Shown here: positions 54,325 through 64,000 of the stretch, piece after piece
How positions within the stretch are numbered: position 1 is the first letter of the stretch
How the letters are laid out: each line of letters starts with the position of its first letter
From: Ostrea edulis
Lineage: Eukaryota
Reading direction: 5' to 3'
Assembly (NCBI RefSeq): GCF_947568905.1
Contig: NC_079164.1
Coordinates: 39,618,001-39,682,000 of the forward strand
Length of the DNA: 64,000 bases
Position numbers and translations under genes: made by a program
Notes under the pieces: generated by a model
Seen by the model: only the letters and a program-made list of their open reading frames with translations
The model's database searches: none
Told to the model about the DNA's origin: nothing

Positions 54325-55540
54325 AATAATAATAATAAAAATACACTTACATAGCGCCTCATCTAAAAATACTCTAAAGCGCTGTACAACATACTAAAAT
54401 TTACAATTGATAATTAAAAGAAAAACCATAGAATACACAACGAATAATCCTTACACATATAAGCATGAATGCAACATTGTGTCATAATGGATAAAAAGTA
54501 CAAATCAAGACAATTTAAAGTATAAAATATGATGCAAGCATACAACGTCCTAAATATATGAAAAACAAACAAGTAAAACTACTCAAAAGAATCAAAACAC
54601 AAATGTGCCCAAAGTTCATTAAATTTAACAGTACATAGCTATTTAAAGGTTATAGGATTGACAGAAAAGATGAGTTTTTAACAGACGTTTAAAACACTCA
54701 AGATTTTTGGCGTTTCTGAGCTGGCAAGGCAGATTGTTCCAGAGTGTGGATGCAGCCTTGTCGAATCTGCGTTCACCGTAGGTCTTAGTTCTGATTGATG
54801 GTACAGTTAATAGATTTGCGGTTTCTGAACGCAGGGCTCTTGTCGGGTTGTTTGGAATAATGAGTTCCATTAGATATCCTGGAGCCAGGTTGTGGAGACT
54901 TTTAAACACATAAAGGAGAATTTTGTACTGGATACGATAATCAACGGGAAGCCAATGAAGATTGATCAGAACAGGTGTGGTATGATCGTGTTTTGTAGTC
55001 TGTGTAATTATCCTTCCAGCGGTGCTTTGAATTCGCTGGAGTTTGTTTGTGAATTATTTGTAGATTCCATACAATAAAGCGTTACCATAGTCCAGCCTCG
55101 ATGTAACGAGATAATTCACTAGAATTTTACAAGCATCATCAGTTATAAACGGTCGAATGCTGCCTATTCGACGTAGATGCATGTAACATGATCTTGCAAC
55201 GGAACTGCTTTGTTTTTCCATTGTAAGGGATTTGTCGAGATACATTCCGAGATTTTTCACACTTTCAGTATCACAAAGGATGTTTTCATCGAAAGTTATA
55301 TTGAAATTATTGTTATCGTATTTGGTTCGTTTTGGGACAAACACCATTAATTCTGTTTTGTCTTGATTTAGTTTTAGCAGGTTAGTACACATCCATTTAC
55401 GGATATCTGAGAGACACTGTATTAACCTATTCGAAACACCATCCCAGTTTTGACGCAGTTCGACTACAATATAGATCTGGCTGTCATCAGCATAGCAGTG
55501 ATAGTCCATGTCATGAAGATCACATATTTGTCCTATCGTT
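54325..55540 (-). mobile_element. CR1/L2(Crack)-type LINE 3' fragment
   Basis: YHCYADDSQIY, LKLNQDKTE, LVTSRLDYGNALL, RTKTYGERRF..WNNLP, with a (TTA)n tail. Inserted into a satellite monomer. Confidence 0.88.
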
Positions 55541-55660
55541 TCCATATATATTACCATATAAAATTTTGATCCCCTGTTGTGGCCCTATCCTACCCAGATA
55601 TTGTAATTTGAACAAACTTCAATCTGCAGTATCTGGAAATGGTTGCATATCAATGTGAGT

Positions 55661-56741
55661 AATACGCAAGCTCCGAGTTACCCAAAAGTTATTTCCCTTT
55701 GTCGAACTCTTTCGCATTTTATGACGTATGGTGGGTACACAATGTATACATTATATCGTAGACTGGCATTGTACATAACGATTACGTACGATAAATGTAA
55801 TAAAAGCGTAACTTTTGTTTATATCAATCACTGGTACGCATATTCTGGCCATAATATGTTTTACGGCGTGACCGTGTTTGAGGGCGAAGCAAGAAAGTTT
55901 TGGCATTAGTATCTATATCCAAAACAGGACAAAAACAAATCGAAGTTATCACGCGGACGGAGCTGTATCAAAGCATCCTGGACATTTGATCCGCCTATAT
56001 ATTGAACGTGGGAAATATAACGCAATTGATGTCAACAGTACATTGTGACGTCATATTCAGCGTCGTTATTTAGTAAATTTACAAACATAGCGTTTGAACC
56101 ACAACAAAAACATGGCGTTAATGGTGGAGTGATTATATATGATTAAGAAAATAAGATTTACATGCCTTTACGGATTTTATGTAACATCTCAGAACGACGT
56201 GAACTACGGTAGACGAGATTCAAAATGGAGGAATACATGTCCACGCGCTAATATTCGAATCGACGCCATTGGTACCAAACTTTTCAAATTCCATAGGTAT
56301 GGTTTAATTTTTCATTATTTTCCTTTTAAACATGACTATTGTATATACGTGTTACCTATAGGGAGAGCTCCGCTCTCACGGCCCGTCGGGCCGTGAGATG
56401 GCTTCGCCCTGTATCAAGCATAATTTGTTTGAATAAGATCATCAAATTGGCTATTGAATCATTATTCGTTTCCTCTTCTACATGAGTGACGCTTTTATCA
56501 AAGAAAGATGGCAATTAACAATATTTGCTTGAGTCATTTTGTTATCCAATGCTCATAAACACACTAAAGTTGCCTTTTCCCTGAGATAGGATGGTCTCAG
56601 AAACTCTGGATATCATCTTTTAAGAAATAATACAACGACAGTAATTAGCAAATGTACCCACTGTCATCATATTTACGTCATAATTTACGGAAGAGTTCGA
56701 CAAAGGGAAATAACTCTTGGGGAACTCGGAACTTCCGTATT
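55661..56741. mobile_element. Non-autonomous TIR DNA element (MITE-like, ~1.08 kb)
   Basis: ~65-70-bp imperfect TIRs (aatacgcaagctccgagttacccaaaagttatttccctttgtcgaactct... / ...agagttcgacaaagggaaataactcttggggaactcggaacttccgtatt); no long ORF; splits a satellite monomer. Confidence 0.75.
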
Positions 56742-56938
56742 ATGGCCTTGCTGTAATTGAGATTTTTTCTATATATTCCGATGTAAAACTTTGATCCCCA
56801 ATAGTTGGCTCACCCTATTCCCGGGGACCACAATTTAGAAATATTTGAAACTACACTACCTTGATGCTTGCTTATTAATATGAGTAATCATGACCCTGTC
56901 GTTCTTGAGAAGAATTTTAAAGATTTATGCTATATATA

Positions 56939-58019
56939 TGTAACACACAAGTTCTTTTCACCTTTTATTCACAGTTGTAGTGTAATGTAATCAATCAATG
57001 AATCAATGACAGTGCTCCTATAAATATAAATAAATAAAAACACATTATAATTTGTGCTAGTGACTTAACCAATGTACAAGATTTGCTTGACCTCAATCAT
57101 ATATACAAACATATTTCCTATGCAAGGATTCATATGTAGTACATGTATTATAAACATGCATAATTAGCAACATGAACAAATAGCAATTGCAAATTAGAAA
57201 AAGGTTGCGAATACGCAAAGTTCACAAACCTAAACAAGGCACACAATATCCGGCCCAACAAATGGTCACCACGACAGGTCAAGGTCAACGTAATACACTG
57301 ATCACCTACATGTAGACCTATTAATAAAATAAACACTGTAAATATACTGAAACACACATATAACTCGAACACCGTTGTGTCACCAAAGTACATGTATGTA
57401 AAACTCAATTATATTCTCCCATTAAGTATAAATAGAAAACATTAAGCTATAAACTAGTTCTCAATTCTATATGTCTGATTAAAGCAAATGCTAAATATTG
57501 AATTCCGCTTCCTAACAGCATTGTTTAGCAAAGAATCCCCTACAATACCTTACACACGATATAGTGAATCTATGCACTCAAAATATTCACTGACAAATTA
57601 TTGTGTACTTGAAAAGGACAAATATATCACCAAAAACTTACACAACATCAGACACATCTTCGTTGTTCTGTATCTCGTGCAAAAATACCGCCAATAGCAG
57701 GTTCTATTATTACACACACTGACCAATCACTGACCGTCTTCATAAGTGTGAAAAATATTACACGAAATTATTTTAACTCAACAAGAGATACTTTTACCTA
57801 AAATTAATAGAATATAATACTCTTCAAAGTCAATTATAATTAATTTTACAATAATAATCAGACACACAGAATACCAAAAATATCTACATAGTTGCAGTCT
57901 CAATGGCGCAGAGGTTAATGCCTACCGTCCATCACACGCGACCGCCTCTCGGCACCCGGTTCGAATCCCATCTGATACAACTTATTTTTTTTTAATATAA
58001 AAAATGTTCTCCCCTTACA
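56939..58019 (-). repeat. Gypsy 3' LTR
   Basis: TG...CA termini; purine-rich aaaaagttgggagat (minus strand) immediately upstream; direct repeat of 60900-61953. Confidence 0.92.
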
Positions 58020-58148
58020 AATCTCCCAACTTTTTATCATTGCTTACCACAGCAATGGCAAAATTTACTTCAACCTTAAAAATATGTCAACACTGACATC
58101 AAAATAAATCTAAAAATATATACAATATTTCTTTCTGCACAAGACACT

Positions 58149-60879
58149 CTAAACTATGTCTCTAATCTGACTTTGTTTAGTCCAAGAATCACTAAGGGTT
58201 GCGCTTAATGTAACACCAAGATTCACAATAGCATCACTAAGTTCCTTAAAGTTTGAATTCTGGACCGAAATCTGATTACAAGAGTTTGACGACACGACAC
58301 TTTGCGGTAATTTAAACGGATTGGAATGTTTTCCAGCCGTTGTTCGTTTACTCCGGCGCGGCTGTTCTGGTTCAACGAACTCTTCGTCTGATTTGCGATG
58401 ACTCGACGACTCCTCAGCCTGGATCACTTCTTGTATTTGTTCTGGAATGTAATCACTATCTGAATCCTCCGTCTCGGAATCTTCACTACTAGCGGTCACT
58501 TTTTCACCAGTGTCTAAAATTTCCTTCCTAGTGACATTTTTTATTGGACCAGATCCATCCGCGAGTTGAATAGAATACACATTATCACCAAGATATTTCA
58601 CAACTTTATACGGAGTGGAACACCACGTGTCTTGTATCTTGTTGCGTCCAAGAACTCTGTTCTTCGTTAGAACTCGGGTTCCTATCGGAATAAATGAATC
58701 TGTAGCCTTTTTGTTCCTCTGTTTGTTCCTTTGTTCAGCCGATTTCCTCAGTTAGCGGATGAACACTCGTAGACTTCACACATCCTCTTTTTGTGACTCT
58801 CTAACCAATCATCAAAGGATACAGGTACGTTAGCATCACTACTTGACGATTTCCTGGTTACAAGGAGGAAGTCCACCGGTAAGACAGGTTCTCGACCAAA
58901 GAACAAGAAATGTGGAGAGTATCCCGTAGATGAGTGCACTGTGGAGTTGGATATATAAACCAACTCTGGAAGATACTCCGGCCATCTCTGTTTTCTTTCA
59001 GGTGGTAACGTTTTTAAGCGATCATGCATGGTGTGATTGAATCGCTCACATTGTCCGTTACCTTCAGGGTGATAAGGCGTTGTGCGTGATTTTTCTATAT
59101 GATAAAAATTACACAGTTCTCGGACAACAGAACTTTCAAAGTTTCGTCCCTGGTCGCTATGTATACGTGCTGGAACGCCAAACTTGACAAACCAGTCTTT
59201 AACAAGGATTTTTGCCACATTTGTTGCTTTTTGATCCTTGCAAGCTACAGCTTGCGTAAATTTGGTAAATATGTCCGTCATAATTAACACGTTTTCACGT
59301 CCATCTGACGACCTTTCCAACACTGTGAAATCAATAGCGAGAATTTCTAAGGGTTTGTATGCCATAAGATTGCTGACTGGGGGGTTAATGGCAGGAAGGG
59401 GAGCCTTCCCTATCAAACATCTCTCACAGGACTTGCACCATTTTTGAACATCTTGTAGCATGCTTGGCCAGAAACATCTTTTCTTTAGCAATGAATATGT
59501 CTTTTCAATGCCTTGGTGTCCCGCATAATTGTGAACACTCTGTAGAACTTTTTGTTTTAGAACTTCCGGAAGCAAAAGCTGATTCTGTTCTCCTGTTTCA
59601 TCCTGAATTTTCCTAAATATCACAGAGTTCTCAGCAAATAGTCTGTCTCTTTGATTAAGTAGTTTCCTGACACTTTTGTGCTCCTGTTTCAAGTCAGAAA
59701 CTGACGGTTTTGTTCCTGAAGTGCCGCAATGTCTGTTGGGATAAATTCAGGTAATGTAGCTGTCGCACACACGGAACGCAACTGAACGTTAGCTGCTTCT
59801 TCACTAATATAGTTCACGCTTCCCTTTAACACCTCCAACGATGTACTCTGCGTAATCCTGTTTAGAGTATCCACAACACTTTCTATCTCCGATGAAATAG
59901 GTCGTCGACTCAGAGCATCCGCATTTCGATTGACCCTTCCAGAACGGTATTTCACCGAGAAGTTGAACTGAGCCAATTCTCCGATCCAGCGCATTGTAGT
60001 TGCGTCGACACGCTGCTTGGTTTTGTGGATATAACTTAACGGATTATTGTCAGTATACACAATAAATTTCGATCCAAGAAGGTAGTCCCGAAATTTTTCG
60101 CTAACTGACCACTTGAGTGCTAATAATTCCAGTTTCATAGAACTATATTTCTCCATGTTTTTCTCTGCTTTCCTGGGTGATCTTAATGCGTAGGCAATCA
60201 CTACTTTACCATTTGGTGTCTCTTGCGACAAAACGGCTCCAAGACCTTCAAGACTAGCGTCCGTCTCCAAGATGAATTCTCGAGTGAAATCAGGAAATCC
60301 CAACGCTGGTGCAGTCGTAAGTCTCTCTTTCAATGTTTCGAATGCCTGAGTACACTCTTCAGTCCACAGTGCTTGAAATTGTTCGGATTTCAGTTTGGTG
60401 TTTTTCGGTTTAGACAATAAAGAATGGAGAGGAGATGCGATACTGGCAAATCCCTGTACAAACTTACGATAATAACTAGCCAGTCCAAGGAGTGAACGTA
60501 GTTGTTTTTCGGTGACTGGAATGGGCCATGATCGGATTACTGCTGTTTTATCTGGGTCGGTTGCAACACCGTTCTCGGACACAATGTGTCCTAAGAACCT
60601 AACCTCCTTCTGGAAGAAATGACACTTTGACATTTTCACTTTAAGTCCATGTAACTTAAGTTTGGTAAACACTTTGTCCAGTCTAAGAATGTGTTCTTCT
60701 ATAGTCCGTGAAAATACCAAAATGTCATCTAAATACAGAACAAGAATATCGAAGTTTTCATCACCGAGACACACTTCCATCAGTCTTTGGAACGTTGCCG
60801 GACTGTTACACAAACCGAACGGCATTCTCACATACTCAAACAGTCCTCCAGTTCCTACTCGGAATGCGGTCTTTAGAAT
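58149..60879 (-). pseudogene. pol: Gypsy pol remnant (partial RT, RNase H, integrase)
   Basis: ORFs 59689-60909, 58748-59692 and 58149-58601 are consecutive pieces of one polyprotein, separated by frameshifts near 59700 and 58750. Confidence 0.92.
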
Positions 60880-60897
60880 ATCCTGTCCACGACGCCA
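60880..60897 (-). promoter_or_regulatory. Primer-binding site, probably tRNA-Ser
   Basis: TGGCGTCGTGGACAGGAT, 2 nt inside the LTR. Its complement ATCCTGTCCACGACG-CCA resembles the 3' end of a metazoan tRNA-Ser. Confidence 0.75.
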
Positions 60898-60899
60898 TT

Positions 60900-61953
60900 T
60901 GTAACACACAAGTTCTTTTCACCTTTTATTCACAGTTGTAGTGTAATGTAATCAATCAATGAATCAATGACAGTGCTCCTATAAATATAAATAAATAAAA
61001 ACACATTATAATTTGTGCTAGTAACTTAACCAATGTACAAGATTTGGTTGACCTCAATCATATATACAAACATATTTCCTATGCAAGGATTCATATGTAG
61101 TACATGTATTATAAACATGCATAATTAGCAACATGAACAAATAGCAATTGCAAATTAGAAAAAGGTTGCGAATACGCAAAGTTCACAAACCTAAACAAGG
61201 CACACAATATCCGGCCCAAAAAATGATCACCACGACAGGTCAAGGTCAACGTAATACACTGATCACCTACATGTAGACCTATTAATAAAATAAACACTGT
61301 AAATACACTGAAACACACATATAACTCGAACACCGTTGTGTCACCAAAGTACATGTATGTAAAACTCAATTATATTCTCCCATTAAGTATAAATAGAAAC
61401 CATTAAGCTATAAACTAGTTCTCAGTTCTATATGTCTGATTAAAGCAAATGCTAAATATTGAATTCCGCTTCCTAACAGCATTGTTTAGCAAAGAATCTC
61501 CTACAATACCTTACATAGGATATAGTGAATCTATGCACTCAAAAAGGACAAATATATCACCAAAAACTTACACAACATCAGACACATCTTCGTTGTTCTG
61601 TATCTCGTGCAAAAATACCGCCAATAGCAGGTTCTATTATTACACACACTGATCAATCACTGACCGTCTTCATAAGTGTGAAAAATATTACACGAAATTA
61701 TTTTAACTCAACAAGAGATACTTTTACCCAAAATTAATAGAATATAATACTCTTCAAAGTCAATTATAATTAATTTTGCAATAATAATCAGACACACAGA
61801 ATACCAAAAATATCTACATAGTTGCAGAGTCTCAATGGCGCAGAGGTTAATGTCTACCGTCCATCATACGCGACCGACTCTCGGCACCCGGTTCGAATCC
61901 CATGTGATACAACTTATTTTTTTTTTTAATATAAAAAATGTTCTCCCCTTATA
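60900..61953 (-). repeat. Gypsy 5' LTR
   Basis: Direct repeat of 56939-58019 with a ~29-bp indel and roughly 15-20 substitutions by eye. The 5' terminus has mutated to TA. Confidence 0.92.
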
Positions 61954-62599
61954 TATACATGTACTCATGTATAACGTTGATCATCTATTGTTGCCCCATC
62001 CTACTCCTGGAAGTCATGATTTTAACACACTTCAATCTACACTATGTTAGGAAGCTTTCATCTCAGTTTCAACTTTTCTGGCCCAGCGGTTCTTGATAAG
62101 AATATTTTTAAATGACCATATTCTATTTTTGCATTTTCCTGATTACTCTTGATAACATACCCTATGCACAGAGCACGACCCTTCATTTGTACATATATTA
62201 ATTCCCGTTACCCAAGGTTGGTTTGTGTCAAGTTTGTTTGAAATTGACCCAGTGGTTCTTGAGAAGAGTTTTAAACGATGCCAACATTTTTGCTAATGTG
62301 ACCACATTCATAAATGTTGTGCAGTATTTTATGGGTTTTAAGACAATCTTTTAAGTAAATCTTGAATTCAATATTTTAACGAAATGAAAATGCAAATATT
62401 GTACATTGTTTTATGTTTATGTTGTAACAAGAAAAAGTTACAATATAAAGTTCCTTCCCTTTTCTGCATGTAATCACAGGGTCGCGCATATATACACATA
62501 TAGTGTAATTGAATGATGAAATATAGTTAATAAGATTAAATCAGAGCTATGGAGATAATGCTAGAATGTTGGATATTCCAAATTTAATATCTAGATAGC

Positions 62600-64000
62600 A
62601 GAGGAACGTAAACATTCTACGTCAAAGTGGTTGGAGGAGGTCCATAAATGTTAGAAGTGCGACGAAGCTCACGCGACGAGTTGATCGCAAGTTGGTTTTA
62701 TCTTAATTAAATAGTCAGGTATTAAATACTTCCAGACCTAGCTTTATAAACGGCACATATTTGTTGCCATTCCTGACGCCAACTAAACAATAAACAAGAT
62801 GATAACATTTTACATGTTTATTAAAGACTTAACAAGCATTTACAAAATATGTTGTGAACTAAGATGTACAAGTAAATTGGCGTTTTATGACCGCATTGTG
62901 TAAATGTACAATTAAATACTGGGTCCAGAAGGGATAGCTGGTATACCGACTAAAACGTACCGGGCAAAACCAGTGGCCCTGCGTTGGGCGCAGGTGCCAG
63001 GGATCCCAAATTTAGGTACTAGACATTTGGGTCCGAGAGAGTTGGGAGCACATCTGTATACCCTGTTTCCCGATGATTGCTTCTGGTCAGTAGTACTTCT
63101 CTACCCAAGTACTCCAGTACTAAGTCTCCCCTCCTGTTCTGAGAGGTGGAGAGGGTCCCAAGCCTGCAGACTTGGCTATGACCCCAATCGAAAACTTTTT
63201 ACTTATTTGATTACATGCTCTGCATGGCATACGTTTGTAGACAACCTGTCTACCCAACATTACACCCACCATCATGCATGACGGCTGGGCAGGGAAACAA
63301 CGAGCCAGATATGCTCACAACCATATGATGTTCCTCCATTACTCTGGGGATACCTTTCTCCTGGAGGAAAAATTACAACGAGGATACCTTCCCCTGGATA
63401 AGGGACAACAAACCCTGCCTTAGATCGTTTAGAAAAATGTTGTTGCCAAACTCAGATAGGTGAGTACCATCAAATCTAAACAAGTGATGATTGGTAACAG
63501 ATAGGTTTGGATGGGGAATTACACCCCCACCCAATGTAGTGACAAACTTTGAGATTTTACTGTTAATTCTTTTGCGTTTTTTGTCAATTTTGATACCAGT
63601 ATTGAGTGGGGCTCCATGTCAGTAACGGCGTGGTAAAATGTGGGACCACACAAGCTAAGTATTTGGAAGGAGGGCGTTGTATCGCAGAAAGCTGCACTGA
63701 ATCTCTTCGATAAATTTTTTACTTGTTAAGTTTGGAGTTACCAAGTCATTGGATCCTAGGTGAATTACTAGATACTGAGGGGGTTCTTCTTGCCTGATGA
63801 GCTGTAGAATATGTGGGTCCAAGTCGTGCCAGCACATACCCCTGCGTGTTTTCCATATCAGAGTGGCCGGGAGGTTGAGGTTATATCCCCCCGGATTGTG
63901 TTTGGCTGCTTCTCCCGCCCAATAAGGGATGGAGGATCAAATTGTGATACGGCGTGTCCAATACTTTGGCTGCTTGCCTCGTGCCTGGTGCCGAAGAGGA
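62600..64000 (-). mobile_element. 3' end of a Ngaro/DIRS-like tyrosine-recombinase retrotransposon with a decayed SGNH-hydrolase ORF (runs off the window)
   Basis: Minus strand reads ...NLNLPATLIWKTRRGMCWHDL..PPQYLVIHLGSNDL.. and, after a frameshift and a stop, ..HPNL..FRFDGTHLSEFGN (DxxH at 63460-63471). SGNH ORFs are known from Ngaro elements. RT and YR are not in the window, and the left boundary is approximate. Confidence 0.6.

Larger units (their letters stand above)
56939..61953 (-). mobile_element. Ty3/Gypsy LTR retrotransposon, internally deleted (gag, protease and RT N-terminus absent)
   Basis: Two ~1.05-1.08 kb LTRs, TATA target-site duplication (56935-56938 / 61954-61957), PBS and polypurine tract. 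Pol order RT(YLDD)-RNase H(ETDAS)-integrase(HHCC, IDF, SDQG, CERFN), broken by two frameshifts. Confidence 0.95.
54190..62270 (-). repeat. ~166-bp satellite (Cg170-like) array fragmented by nested insertions
   Basis: Monomer pieces at 54190-54325, 55540-55660, 56742-56938 and 61954-62270 read continuously once the LINE, TIR element and Gypsy are removed. Confidence 0.75.

Overview
AT-rich (intron- and repeat-rich) eukaryotic DNA whose repeat families point to a bivalve, probably an oyster (Ostreidae; inference). Most ORFs in the supplied track are spurious or TE debris. Two spliced host genes could be reconstructed by hand. (1) A two-exon allatostatin-C/somatostatin-type neuropeptide precursor (3698-3811 + 12860-13069; 107 aa; mature peptide SHIQCLVNVIACY). 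(2) A nine-coding-exon gene (32050-39469; about 649 aa; signal-peptide exon not found) that joins a Cys-rich ectodomain, one TM helix and tandemly duplicated linker exons to a C-terminal STAND-like (nSTAND3-type) P-loop NTPase with no C-terminal sensor repeats. A decayed paralogous copy of the NTPase exon lies at 51738-52850. The rest is mobile DNA: Penelope-like RT remnants, an RTE LINE, a CR1/L2-type LINE fragment, several SINE families (one core with two different heads), Helentron-type elements with ~166-bp satellite monomers, a TIR element, an internally deleted Ty3/Gypsy element whose LTRs each carry a tRNA-like Pol III cassette, and the 3' end of a Ngaro/DIRS-like element with an SGNH ORF. 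The best candidates for new biology are the membrane-anchored STAND NTPase receptor and the tRNA-like cassette in the Gypsy LTRs. All calls come from reading the sequence; no searches were run.
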